This document shows positions 12,055 through 25,462 of a stretch of DNA of 64,000 nt, piece after piece; position 1 is the stretch's first letter; every line of letters starts with the position of its first letter. A program made the translations under genes and the position numbers. The notes beneath the pieces are model-generated. The model searched no databases and was not told the DNA's origin. It worked only from the letters and a program-made list of their open reading frames with translations. Source of the DNA: Lama guanicoe. Taxonomy: Eukaryota. The stretch covers positions 1,367,884-1,431,883 of the forward strand of contig MU054001.1 of the NCBI GenBank assembly GCA_013239625.1. Direction: 5' to 3'.

Positions 12055-15000
12055 AGAGTCTATTATCACAGGCTAGCAAAATTTAGCTATGAAACCAACG
12101 CTAAAATAGAAACCTCGGCTGTTTATTTCAGCTTTCTCTCTGCACACTAACAAGAGTTAAGAAAGATGGCAAGGCTTTTCACCCGGAATTTCCTAGCCCC
12201 TATCGCCCTGTCTCACCATCTTCAGCATTTTTAGCCCTGTTCTCCTTGTGCGCAGAGCACAGGCATTGGAATCAGCCTCTTAACATTCCTGGAAGGTACC
12301 AGGCACATCCTAGTACTTGGTACCAAGAAAGCGCAACTCTCACACAGCTCCTGGAAGGGTTAAAAACAGAAAGTCCTACCCACTGGTTGGCTCTGATGTT
12401 CCTGGAGATATTGTCACTGGATGTATCCTCAGCAGAATTCTATTCAACACCTCTGTCTTTAAGTACAAAGCTGTAGGCTGTAGCAGCTTTAAGAAACATA
12501 AGTATCCCTTTTTTCTGCTGCACAGTATCTGTGTGTGAAATTCTCTAAAGGGGTTTAAGTATTTACCCTGAACACTATCAGACGGTTTCTAAAATTTTCC
12601 TTATCCAGTTGCAAAAACACTTCAAAGAGAATCATAAACAGAGTCCTTTGTGCTTTCCATGCACATTCTGTTTCTAAGGCTTAAGCATGAATTCTCGTGG
12701 AATTGTAAATTTCTTCCCAAAAAGACAAGATACACAACATTTTTTTTCCTTAATTTATTATTAAGTCCGCAGCAACAGAGGGAAAACACTGGAAAAAACC
12801 TGAGAGAAATCCAGAAGGCAATCAAAAGAATCAAAACCTGTTTAAAATTCACTGTTAAACTACATGTACAATTTCGTCCCAGAAATTTTATTCTTAATAT
12901 AATAATACAGCGGTGTGGGATTGGAGTTGGGGTGGGGAGGGAGGTATGACAGATCCACCCATCAGTGATTAGAGGGCCCCAGAGCTCAGTGTCTACACAC
13001 ATAATTTGAATTGTGGGGGTGCTTGTGACAGTTTACCTGCCTCCCTGTTTCCCTTACCTGTTTACCTGTGTTTATCCTGAGCCACTCAGCACTGGACCAG
13101 CCAAAAGGGGGAAAAGGGAATTTAATTTTCTCATTTAAAACCACTAGAGATCTCACATCAAATCCTAAATTACTATAATATATTCTGCTCCTATATCAGA
13201 AATGCTACCTTTGAAAAATGGAAGACAAGATTACCTTAGCAAATATAACTTAAAGTATATACAGTAACAATAAAGAGGACAGATAAATATACAGATACAC
13301 ATACACATATATATGTAAAAGTTGGTGACTTCGCCATTAATACGTATAAAAATTAATATTTATATTTACATCACTTTCTTCCTCACACCCTCAAAAATCT
13401 TTAATCCCAGGAGAAAGTCTAAAATGAACTAGGCTAACTGAATTATGATAGCAAAAACTCATACACGCAGTATATATTTCAGTATATGAGAAAGCAGCCC
13501 TGTTCCTCTATTCAGTTACAAAGAATTTAATCTCAAGCGCTGTGATGATAGCTTCATTAATCTCTCCAAAAACAAACAAGCTGCTCCTTGGCTCAATCAT
13601 CCCCCACCTTCCTGTAACCCATACCAAGAAGGGCTCAGCCAGACAGCATCGGATGGGCTCCTGGCCTGAGCTTTCCCAGATGATTTGCACAGGCCAGGAT
13701 GACACGGAAAAAGGCATGACTCATCTTGAAATCGAACTATTATAAGGAACTTGTAAAGGACAACCTTTACATTCTTCAGCGCCTTTCTCTCTTCAAACTT
13801 TAACAACAAGAAACTGGTAAGAGTATTTTTTAAAAAACAAACAAACAAAGAAAACACCTACTCATTTTCCACATCTCTCTGCTCTCTGGTGCCAAATTTG
13901 AACATAAATGGGTAGAATTCAATGTAGCCGATAGCTTACTGAACATAATTATATGTTGTGTTTCACACTGTTTCAAAACGGATACATTAAAATAATCCAG
14001 TCTTGGCTGCTACCCACTAAGTCAATAAAGGTTATTAAGGCCAACTGCCATTTAAACACATTGCTATCCCAGTGCGAGGAACCGTCAAGCCAGGAAATGC
14101 AATTCAAAACATTCAAAATGATCAGGATCCACCCTTCTCTTCTGGAAGAAAAAAAGCAACGAAAAAAGGAGGAGGAAATTTCTCTCCAGTATATAAATCA
14201 TCCGTGCTTCTGAAAATGTTTACTCGGGAAACCATTCTAGAGTATTTCTATTGGATTATTCCAAATTGACCTTTTTTTTTTTTAAGGTCAAAAGGAAATG
14301 AATAAATGTCATCAATTTAGAACACATCACACCTAGCATTCTTCTCCGTATCACTGTGAATTTGATCGTGTTAAAACATTTTTATAGGTAAAATAAATGT
14401 CAGTTTTGCAAGGCGCGATACCAGGCCCTAAGAGACAAATGGCCTATCCGTTGAATCTCTGGCTACAGCAAGACTTCCTCCCCTCACAAGAGAGTTCGGC
14501 TTTTCATATTTTTTACCCAGACAGCCAAGCTTGTACAGTTTCTTTCAAATGGTAACTCTCTTTTATCCTGAAGAGTCTCTTTATAATATACTAATCTTGG
14601 ATGTGGGGTGTTGGGCTGGTTAAAAGTAAAATAAAATAAAATACAAATATTTGAATAGTGGGAGAGTGTTATAATACCTTCCTGAACTGCCAAAAGAGAG
14701 GAAAGGCTAGGCTAAATTCCTGGGTTAGAAGAAAGGGTTCTGTTGCTTGGGGGTTAATGGCTCATCAATTCATGAGGTAAGAGTCAGGGAAAATGTGATA
14801 TTTTATCAGAATGTCATTCAAATATAAGGTTTAACATTTACATCACAAGAGCATGCCCAGAGTAAAACTATCCTCGGGGAGGGAAAGGGCAAGAATAAAT
14901 AATGTGATTAAAAAAAAAAAGGTACTTGCTGGAACAGGGGACAGACAGGCAGCAGAGGTGAGGGGAGTTTGAGAGACAGCTGACCAAACTTTTAAAAATA

Positions 15001-15687
15001 TGTGACTGGTTATGACACGTGAAGCTATTACAACTAATGGAAGAAATGTGATTTCAAAGCTCATTTTCTGTTCTTCTGTATCCTCTCTGAGACTCCACCT
15101 TCCAACCACAAAGGGAAAAAATGAACACAAAGACACAGAGAAATTACAACACAAGTCTCTTCCCTGGTACAAGAGCTGTCAGAGGTTGCTTTAATCATAA
15201 GCAAAAGGTGAAAAGTAATGTACATATTGCCTGAGGTTTTCTGTTTTATTTTCTCGCCCAAAGAGATCGATGCTTTATTGCAGAACAGACAAAATACATT
15301 AATTAGAGTTTCACAACACACACGTGATTTTACAATTCAAAAAAAAAAAACCCATAAAGATAAAGAAGAATCATAGAATCATTTGTCTTCATAATTGTGG
15401 ATAATCATTTTGAGGAATATATTCCCTGGAAGCAAAGTGACTACATTCAGAAATACCGTTTGGATTAGTCTAGTTCTATAGAATCCAAATGTGCACCAAA
15501 CACTGCACTTTTTATGTTAAATTGCTGTTGAATTTGTTAACCCACAACTGATTTCCTGTGTTATGGAATCTTGGAGATTACAGCTAACTTGAAGCAACAC
15601 GGATAATTCTTGACAGTTAATGGTACATTTGTATGCATTTTCCTGAAAGGCTTAGCATCTGGGGACCTCACACTGGTGGCTCAACAT

Positions 15688-15700
15688 TGCCCCCTACTGC
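15688..15700 (-). promoter_or_regulatory. Candidate CTCF core motif
   Basis: Minus strand GCAGTAGGGGGCA matches the CTCF core CCASYAGRKGGCR at 12 of 13 positions; motif match only. Confidence 0.3.
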
Positions 15701-16954
15701 TTACAATGTAAAAATTCCGAGGTGGTCTGGCACAAAGTAGGAATTTAAGCAGCCAGTGCCAGTTCACCCCCCAGTACACAGATGCCAGATGGGACTGCAC
15801 TGTCAGAGCCACAGAACCGTAGGCTTTTCCAATCATTATTCTCTTCTGTCTCTTCCAATGGTGAAAGTAAATTATTATGAATTTGTTAAAAGTCATTTAA
15901 AAAAGATGGCTTGAGGTAAGGCTTAAATTTAATTTAGAAGTACAATTCCTTTTATCTTGGCCCAAACCTTTGCTCTGCTGATAATGATCATCCTGAAACT
16001 TCCTGAGAGACACTGAGGCCATTGATTTCACTCCGAACCCTTAGTAACGCCACACGGACTGTAAGGGAACTCGTGCTGGAGAATTCCCAAGACTGCTCTC
16101 CTTTTTAGTATTTTTACATGAGAGTTATAAAGAGATGTTCTCATCTAACATGCCATTGCCACCAAACTTAAAAAAAATACGTATAACTAAATCTTTAAAG
16201 TGAATTCATAAGAGCAACACTGGTAAGCTCACGAAACCAAAGAGCTCACTTAAAAAATACAACCCTTGAACAAAAGCAATTCAAACACACTTTCTTTTAA
16301 AACAAAACCAGTGAGTTCCTTTCCTTTTCGTTTGCCAACTCTTATGCAAAGATTTGCCAAATCACCATCCCGAAGTCAAGCTGATGTCTTAGTGTCAAGA
16401 TTTAGCAAGAGAAATTCTCACTCAGATGTAAATGGACAAAACCAGAATTCCACAGTGAAAAAGGAACTCCCTGAACGGAAGCTGCCTTTATATACACAGC
16501 CCATGAAAACGGAGCGTGCTCTACACAGGCTAATTTTAGGAAAAGAATTGAGGCAATTTAGGCACTAACTTCATCACTTCCAGCCCAGTTTTACAATGCT
16601 CAGTTTTGCATTGATTCACGTCTTTGGAGAAATCCATTTTTGTGATATTATTAGTACACTAAAAGGATTATAACATTCCTCTGTCCGACGTACATCCATG
16701 AAAAAGCATGGTTTAAAAATCTGAGGAAGTGTCTGGAAAGCAGGGCCTTCTGGGTTCTGACCCAGACTTTCAAACTGGGACCTCGTGACTTGCCGCTTCC
16801 ACTATTGTAAAACAGGGAGTAGCGACAGCTCCCCGTTTTTGCAAATTAGTTCACTTTCCAGCACATCTCAAAGTCTGTGCAGTGGTACCACATCTCAAGA
16901 GTTTAGCAGGCTTTTATCACTTTTCCACTACATTCCAAAGTCGATTATTTGGAG

Positions 16955-17215
16955 GCAGAACAGTGAGGGGGCGCAGGGCATTACCCTAGAGCCAGTCTTC
17001 CTGAGTTCAAATCCCAGCTCCCCCCTTTAACTGTATGACCTTGAGGAAGTTAGGTAAGTCTCTTGTGTTTCAGTCTCCTTGTGTGTAAAATGGAGGGGAA
17101 AAAATTCCTACTTTATGGGGTTGTCCTAAAAGCTAAATAAATTATGTATACAACACTTCAAATAGTGTCTGGTACTTAATAAATATCATATAAGCATTTG
17201 CTATTATTACTATTA
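16955..17215 (+). mobile_element. MIR SINE
   Basis: tagagccagtcttcctgagttcaaatcccagctc...gaccttgaggaagtt...tgtaaaatgg...gctattattac. Confidence 0.75.
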
Positions 17216-17564
17216 TTTAAATTTAGACTTAAGTCAAGACCTCCAAGTGGCCTCAACTTGCCTTCTAGCTCCATTTCCTACTACATAGCCCCTGAATTTT
17301 TATGTCTCCACTTCTGACCGTGTTTTTACAGTTTCTGGAGCCTCGTGCTTCTGTCAAAATGCCTTATCCGACCCTACATTTCCCCACCCACGGTCCTCAA
17401 AAAGCCACATCTGCTGTTTCACAACATGCCCAGTTCCAGCGGTCTGACTTTAATACTCCTTCCTCTGGACTCTTGATTTTTTTTTTTTAATCTCTATTAC
17501 AGGATTTCATTTTAGCTAATGTAACACCTGGCTATATTCATGCTTCTCTCCTTGTTAAACTGAA

Positions 17565-17812
17565 TGGAGTGGTTAAGCGCACGAGCCACAGAGCCATTCT
17601 GCCTGGGCTTCAATCTTGCTCCGCCACTTACTCTGTGACCTTGGGGGAGGCATTTAATTTCTCTAGGCCTCGGTTTTCACATCTATAAATTAAAGTTCAT
17701 AACAGTTTCTGCACTTCATAGGGCTGTTGTTTGAAAAGTTAATATACGGAAAAACCCTTAGAAGAGTGCACGATGCATATAAAAATGCAAATGAAGTTAG
17801 GAATTATTGTAT
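17565..17812 (+). mobile_element. MIR SINE
   Basis: gagtggttaagcgcacgagc...gcctgggcttcaatcttgctccgccacttactctgtgaccttggg. Confidence 0.8.
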
Positions 17813-18062
17813 TGTTCTCATCGTCGCTTCCTTAGCGTATATGTAACACAGCGCCTTATATGTAGGAAATGCTCCATACGAGCTCATTGCACTGCACTGA
17901 GCTCGTACTGAAAAAACCCTGGCTGCTCCCATTACCTTACCAAGAGTAACTTAACTCACTATTTAGAATAATTAAATATGCATTACCTATGCAAATGAGG
18001 CAGCCGAGGATTAGTAGAGCACAGCACCCCAGAAAATCCGGTCCCAGACCTGTGGTACTTAC

Positions 18063-18182
18063 CACACCTTCCATCTTTTTCCACAGCTCCTCCAGCTGAG
18101 TCATGGGTTGCCACCACCAATCAGTGCACTTTTTGTATCGATTGCCTTGAAACCAAAACTGTCTCAGCCACTCAAATTCGAC
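18063..18182 (-). CDS. FTO: FTO coding exon 7 (120 bp, phase 0-0)
   Basis: Translates [40 protein letters not shown]; acceptor ...atccccag with CTAAC branch-point candidate at 18209-18213, donor gtaagt at 18057-18062. Confidence 0.98.
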
Positions 18183-18879
18183 CTGGGGATCATAAAGACA
18201 AGGCTGTGGTTAGGATGCCCCTGGGATGGACAATCAAGGACAATAAACTTCGTCACTCCATTCTCCTCCAGTAACTTCACAAGCCACAGGGTGAGAAAAG
18301 GTGAGAAAAGCTCAGCTTAACCAGTTCCCAATATAGCTTGGGGTCTCCAGAGCCTTTCTGCAAAGTCAAGAAGGAGAGCAGCCTTAAAGCTTAGTAAGAC
18401 AACCCAGGTCAGGCTGCGGATTTTCAGTCACATCATCACTCAGACGTGAGGAAAGTATAAGTCAATCAACAACAAATCCTGAGACCCTGAAGTATACAGC
18501 AGCCTGTACTGTGTGTGACGGGAAAGACAGAATCTAACAAAATGTGTTTTCATTGAACATCTGTATTAAAGACTATTATTAAGAGCAAAACACAGATACA
18601 TATCAGAAGATATCAATTTTAGGTTTCTTAGATCAAAAATAAATATAGAATTTACCCATGAGCCAAGAGGAGCTGGCGTAATATCAACTCATATAATTAA
18701 ACAATATAAGGCTAATTATGGAGGAACACATTAAACCTCCAGAGCCATTCATATTGTCACTTTCAATCCAGTCAGAGCCAACAACAATAGGTAAATAGGA
18801 CATAAAGACACTAATCACTTCTTTTCCTTCCTACAAACCTACGATGGTAAACTTCTATTATAAGCCTCCTTAGCATTTC

Positions 18880-19300
18880 TCCTTCTGTTCTAACCAAGCC
18901 CCACTATTCATTTGGTAACCCACTCCTTTCTCCAGTCTCACCCCATGTGGTCTGGGTAGAAAGCCAACTCTAATACCAGAGGTAGAATGTGCAATCCTCT
19001 CTGAGTCAATCAGCCCACCACATTTCTCTAGTCACTGAATTGGGTTTGGGGAAAACAGACATGTGTTTAATCAGAATAAATCTTGAGACTGTCAGAAGAT
19101 ACAGGAAGAGGATTCTGCAACTGTTTTGCAGAATGGGAAGAACGGAGGCAACCCAGGAGGAAGCAGCTGCAAAATGAGCAGATAAAAACCAGGTCTTGGT
19201 GACATCAACTGACTCTTGATCAAGCTATTCCTGAAGCCCTTTTTGCTGAAACCAATTCAGTTGAGTCTTCTGTTTCCTGCAAATGAAGTAATCCCAATGT
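18880..19300 (+). mobile_element. Old MaLR (MLT1-like) solo LTR
   Basis: 3' end cttgatcaagctattcctgaagcc...gaaaccaattcagttgagtcttctgtttcctgcaa resembles old MLT1 LTR ends. Confidence 0.5.
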
Positions 19301-20302
19301 ATAAACATGAGAGGCTAAGTAAAGCTTTGAAAGAATAAGAAATTATTTCTTGTCTATTTTCTATCACTCATCTTCAACTTAAGAATCAAATATTACCATT
19401 AAAGTACAACTTCATTCATCCCCTAAGCCCTTTTTACCTCTGCCCTCTGAAGAAATGTAGAACTTTCACAGCTTAATGTTGGGTTGTCTGGCTTTGCTAA
19501 GATAATCATGTTCCATATACAGGAACAGAGCTATTATAATCTTCACCACAAAGAATTTTTTTTGTTTGTTTATCCATATTGAACTTTCATGAGGCAAACA
19601 AAAGCAACTTGTGAAGATTTAACAATGGTGAAAATGGCTCAAGTAACTAACTTGAGAACACCAAGTCATATGAAAAGGTTTTAGTTTACATTAACTAAAC
19701 GTTTGTTTGATATGTAGAACTGATTTCAGTTAAAGCTGTTTAAACAAAACAAACAAAAAAAGGAATGTGGACAATATTCAGACAATCGTTGCTAAACTTT
19801 ATGTGTAGTATTAAAAGACAGTGGTTAACAGAGGTAAACTTGACTTCTTTGAAAGGGAAATGAATACAAGTGTAATTCAAGTTCTCTGAAGATACAGGTT
19901 TAACAACATTATTTATTACAAGAGGGAAAAAGAGTTCTTTTTAGATTTCACATGAAATTTGTTCATACTACAGAACACCCTGGCAGCAAAGCACCAAGCC
20001 CTAGGTTAGGGAGAGTTGAAAAGGTTTTTCTGTCTTTGGGCTGGTTATTTCCATTACAAGAACAAAACATATAAGCCTTGTCAACCATGACATCCCAGGA
20101 AATAAAATCGATTACCATAGGTAATTAGTTCACTCAGTCTATAAAGGTACACTAGAGTCTGGATTTCAGCAAATTAAAACTCAGAAGCAAGGAGAGGGGC
20201 ATACCTGGAACTCTGCTATTGGACCAGAGAGCAAAGAAAGACCCTGTCCATTTTATTAAATAATGACTTCATCTTCCTCCTCAGACGCTCAACTGTCTTG
20301 TG

Positions 20303-20490
20303 AGGCAGACAGTATAATGGTTAAGAACACGGGCTCTGAAGTCAGTTCAGAACTGGGCTCCACTACTGAAGAGCTCTGTCATCCGTAAAATACGGATAAT
20401 TACATAATAACCACAAAGGTTTGTGGTGAGGATTAAGTGGGTTAATAATGAACAGCCGACCATATGCCATGCACTTGCTAGATGCTAAGA
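20303..20490 (+). mobile_element. MIR SINE
   Basis: acagtataatggttaagaacacgggctctgaagtcag...gtgaggattaagtgggttaata. Confidence 0.75.
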
Positions 20491-21523
20491 ATACGGACTG
20501 AATGAGGCCCCAAGGCCCAGCACTTACTGTCCTCAAGGATCTCACAATCCTATGAAATTTTCTGAGTGAGGAAAGTTTTTAGCAACCATGTCAATTCATG
20601 CTCACCCCCTTCCACTGAGGCCAATCAGGAAAGTTCAATCTTGAAGACTTATTCTTAACAGAGGTGTTTTTGTTTTTTTGTTTTTTTTCCCATGCATTGA
20701 AGTCTTGCCCATGAGAAACAATCTTTGTGGGCATCAAACCCACTGGCAGGCATTTTCTTCAGCTCTGTAACCTGACTTATTCATTGAGATGTTGTGGGCA
20801 AAAAAAAATACCACAGGATTTTAATCAAATGCCTCCCCCACCAGTTCTCCCATTGCCAAGAGAAGCAGTTGGCTCCTTCCTTAAAATTAATTAAGGAAGC
20901 AAAAAATAGTTCCAGCTGCTTGATTCAGTTTGAGTTACCAAAAAAGTAAGGTGTTTCCTGCACCCCACCCCACCCCATCCTGGCCCCAAACTCTGGAGAT
21001 GAGAAAGGAAAGCTACAGGGTGGATGCTGTACAAAAACCAAAGGGCTAGGACTTAGAATAGAAGCCTTGTTGCTTCAATGTTTAAAAAAAAAAAAAATCA
21101 GAGTCTCGCCATATTGATTGACAACGCTCCAGCATCCATGGAGGAGAATCTTCATCCCCTCTCCTGGAGTCCCTTCAGGGACGCTCCCAGGTACCTGAGC
21201 TCTCCTGAGGCGCTCTCAGTGTTCGTGATGCTTTTAAACCAAACTCCCAGATTTCAGACTTGCACTTAATGAAAATTCACTATTATTCAATCTTTTGGGC
21301 AAAACTACAATACAAAGATAAGTAATGCCCACAGGTATCAGAAGGCACACTGACAGCCTGGAGAATTTGTAGGATCTTGAAGTGCCTTCTGGACCATCAG
21401 AGAAAACTGAAAACATGTTCATAACAGTGTTAGTTACATAGCTGTGACCTGGGACAACATCACTATAACCCCTCTAATTCACCAGCACTGGCCTTCTCTA
21501 CGGAATAGTCAAAGGAGTCAATC

Positions 21524-21675
21524 AGCACAGGGAACTATATTCAATATCTTGTAGTAATCTATTATGAAAAAGAATATGCCAACAAATATATGCATGTGTA
21601 TGTATGACTGAAACATGATGCTGTACACCAGAAGTTAACAGATTGTAAACTAACAATGCTTCAATTAAAACAAAA
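21524..21675 (+). mobile_element. Short L1 3'UTR fragment
   Basis: agcacagggaactatattcaatatcttgtagtaa...tgtatgactgaaacatgatgctgtacaccagaa, same family as 3840-4393. Confidence 0.85.
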
Positions 21676-23699
21676 GATTTTCTCAAATTATACACTTAAT
21701 TCATGTATAATGCAAATAATTTTATTTATTACATTTCTTCTTCTTTTGTCTTCTTCCTATTTTGGATATAATTTTCAGTTTTACTTTCCTTGATCTCATC
21801 TATCTTGTCAATAATGTTTTTCAATTGTTATAAAGTTCCTTTGTACTACTGGGATGAGAACTGTAGTCTTTTTATTTTTATATTCTTTTATCACATGCAA
21901 AGTGGATTTAATTTCTTTTTCCATACAGACATCCAACTAATCTTTCCACCATCAGTTATTAAGTATTTCTTTCTTTCCAATAAAAGAAGAAATAGAAAAG
22001 CTTTTCTCCTGGAAATGTCTTAAAAAACTCTGAAGGGGAAAAACAAACAGAATCCACCCACCTACCTGAACCTTGGTCACTGCACACTTAAGACATTGGG
22101 GAGCAAAGTTTGTAAGATTCCAAGACCATCAGAGCTACAATATCACCATATAGTTGGAAATCGTTTCCATCACTCTGACAGGTAAGCAAAAGTCACATGC
22201 TCTTCTTCTGCCAAGTTAGTTTGGGTCCTTGATTTGGTCCCAGGTCAGTGTATGCATTTCCCTCATGAGATGTGGAAACATGCCTAATGGAGTCAATGTC
22301 TCAGTAATTTCAGTAATTACTCAGTAATCACAGTAACTAATTTCAGTAATAACTGAAATAAGTTATTTCACCAAGAAAGACATTAGACCAGAGACGGATG
22401 CTAAGGTTCAATCTACAAAGAGCTACCCTATGAAGGCCCTTTCACAGTAGCTCGAAGGAAGACGCAGGTCTGATCAGAACAAGATGAGGACCAAATGGTG
22501 ACATCAAATAGTGCATTCCCCCAGGGGAAATTTACTAGGTGTTGAGACCGAATTCCACATTTTACAATTTCCTTCTAAGAAAGAAAACAGACCATTCAAT
22601 AACAAAGCGGGAGATCCTGCTTATAAGCAATCAAAACCCTTTTTAAGAAATTGGAAAAAAAATTAAATTCTTAAGATACTCAGTTCCAATCCCCAAAGTC
22701 TCCAAATTACTTGGTTAGAAGCTATCTAAGACAAGGGAAGCCAGTCACTTCAAAACTCACACAGCCTGACAGTCTGTAGCATCTAAAACCAAGGGCTTTA
22801 TCCTATAATGAGTCCAGCAAAGGCACATGGCCTTTAAGAAAGAGGAAAGCAAACAATAAGAACCAGGGTAAATATTATGGACACTCATGCTCTCGTTTAA
22901 CAACAGGACACAGTAGAGAGTGAGTGCACCAACTTGTACAACGAAAGAACAGTTTCTGATGATGTGCCCTGACATATGGAATTCACTCTTAAAGTAAGGA
23001 GATGATGACCTTGAAGAATCAAAGATTGAGGGGACAGAGAAGACTGGCACATTATTTAATTCAAGATCTCTCCATTCAAGCCTAGGCAAGCCTCAAGGTT
23101 CTAAGGTTTCTGACACATCTCTTCCCCAGCTGCTAACATACACAATGTCATAAGGAACCAGCCACTGAAGCAGATGGGTTCAGATGACAATACTTTCCTG
23201 TTAGATAAACAGCGTGATTTTACAGATAGCCCTCACATATCAATGAGAACAAAACATCGGAGTCATTCATAGAAGCCCAGAGAGGATGGGGCGGGCGGGG
23301 GAGTGGTTGGCCCATGTACATTTAAAGAGTGAGCCCATCCTGCCAGCCTGGCTCCTAAAACTGCAAGGTTTATCCAGACGGCAATACAGAGTAAGACATA
23401 ACTTTGCTCCCAAGGCTACTTGAGTGAGGTCACCAGGCCCATAAATGCTTATCTTTCCAGAAGCTCTAGCTCTCAGCGATGTCTCCAGCAAGGACAGATG
23501 AGAGAGAACACAGGACACTTATCAGGCACAAGCAGGGAAGAAAGGCAGTCCTGGGTTCAGCTTCACCTCAGAGTGGTTATTATCTCTCTGGAAGGCAGAA
23601 TTTCTTTGCCTTTGGTTCTGGAGATCATGGCAACGTTTCACTAAGTGTGGAGTAGCTCCTAAGATAATTAAGTATCTTTTTAAAGATATTACATGACAT

Positions 23700-24282
23700 T
23701 GTGGTAACACTGTTTCTCCTCTGCTCAAAAGCCTTCAATGGCTCCCCATTTCCCTGAGAGTAAAAAGGAATGTCCTTGCCCTTACAGACACCTCTGACGA
23801 CCACCTGCAACCTGCAGTTCCCCAGCCCCCTGACACAATCTCCAAGACCTTGTCTCCATCTCCTGTGCCTTACAGACTCACTCCCTCCATTCCCACCAGA
23901 CTGTCCCATAACTAGTCCACGAACACCAGACCTTCTCCCCACACACAGACCTGGCAGTGGTTTTGCCCTCTGCCCGCAACCCTGATGCCCAGATATCCAC
24001 GTGGCTCCCTCCCTTACCTCCTTCAAGTCTCTGCTCAAAGGACATCTTCTCAGTGGGGATGTTCTCCACTTATCTCAATCTCCATTGCCTTGTTCTGTTT
24101 GGTTTTTTCTCTAGCACTTATCAAATTTCTAACGTGCTACACATTTAACTGATGTAGTGTGTTTATTATTTATTGTCATCTCCCTGCACTAGAATATCAA
24201 TTTTATTTACCAATGTATCCGAAAGCACCCAGAAGAGTGCCCTGCACATGCTCAGTAATTATTTATTGAAAGGATGACTGAG
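23700..24282 (+). mobile_element. LINE-2 3' end
   Basis: ctcctctgctcaaaagccttcaatggctcccc...cctccttcaagtctctgctcaaag...gctcagtaattatttattgaaaggatga. Confidence 0.8.
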
Positions 24283-24868
24283 AAAATTTTTGTATTCCAA
24301 ACTCTCTGCCAATCTTTCTAATTACATCAAAGAAAACATCTTTGATGGATGATAATCTTCAACAATTCTCAAAAAACAAAAACCAAAAACCCCAGTTCTC
24401 TACCACTTGGTAATCTCTTTTTTCCTTTTAGCTTTTTTTTTTTTTGAGGTATAATTTACCCACAACAAAATTCACCCATTTTAAAGTGTAGAATTCAATG
24501 ACTTTTAGAAAGCGTATGACGTTGTCCAAGAATCTCCCTTTTCAACGTGAAGAACAGAGACCTCAGGCTCAGAAGCCTTCTCCAGCCAAGAGCATCTGGA
24601 ATAGAACAGCATTCCTGATCTCACTGGCCAGAGTTTTCTGGTTATTTTTTTCCTTTGGCTAGTCATACTGGCTTTCCATTTAAAGTGGTAATAGAAAGCT
24701 TCCTTTTAAAAAAAAATGTATTTACATTAAAAAATGAGTAGATTCTTTAAAAAGTGTTGAAAAGATAACAAGAAATGTAGTCCAAAGATAAAGCAAAAAT
24801 TGAAAGGATATTAATGAAAATAACAAAGTTTATGAAACATTGTCTCATGGGATCCAGACCTGCTGGCC

Positions 24869-25454
24869 TGAAAGACTGCAGCATCATGCCTAATTTCATA
24901 AACAAAGGGCAAGGCATTGACACCTGCCAGGACGGTCCACCCTCCGTTCTCAACAGCCCCTGTTGGAAGACTGTCCTTCATGGGTGTCTTGTGTCTCTGC
25001 CTGTCTGTGAGCAAGGCACTGCCTGCCGTTTGCTTCAGACTCTCATTGCAAGGATGTCTGTTTAGTGCACACCCTTGCAAAATACAGTTTCTCCCTCCAG
25101 AATAAAGGGCAGGTTTGCTAACAGACTGGGAGGATAAAGACGTGTCTTGATCTGGCGCAAAGGACAGGCATGCGCACTATCCATCACAGAAGACTCCGGT
25201 TCCCTCCACTCAGGCTCCTCTCCCGGGACCCAACCCCTCGGGGTGCCCACGCACCCCGGCCCATCTGCGTGACCCTGTGGAAGCGGGCTGGAGAATTGGC
25301 ACAATAACACCGATGCTCTGGCTACTGCTATGTTGTAAGTAATGACCCGTTCTTTGTCTCTGGCCCAGGAGTCTCATGTCTCACACTCACAGCAAACTGT
25401 GGCCGATGAACTTGTCAGCTTGCAAGTAGGACAGAACATTCACAGTCCCTGAAA
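24869..25454 (+). mobile_element. Solo LTR, probably ERV1 class (MER4-group-like; family not certain)
   Basis: Begins TG; 3' part tttgtctctggcccaggagtctcatgtc...aaactgtggc...aacttgtcagcttgcaagtagg...ttcacagtccctgaaa resembles recalled ERV1 LTR R/U5 ends; possible 4-bp TSD ggcc (24865-24868) / gtcc (25455-25458). Confidence 0.75.
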
Positions 25455-25462
25455 GTCCTTAC

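Noticed and set aside
17969..17996. Octamer ATGCAAAT and TAATTA cluster just after exon 7
   Set aside because: Short motifs in AT-rich DNA occur often; no independent support.
1..18056. FTO exon 8 (TNAVLHEV...-like)
   Set aside because: No matching minus-strand sequence seen; it presumably lies left of the window.
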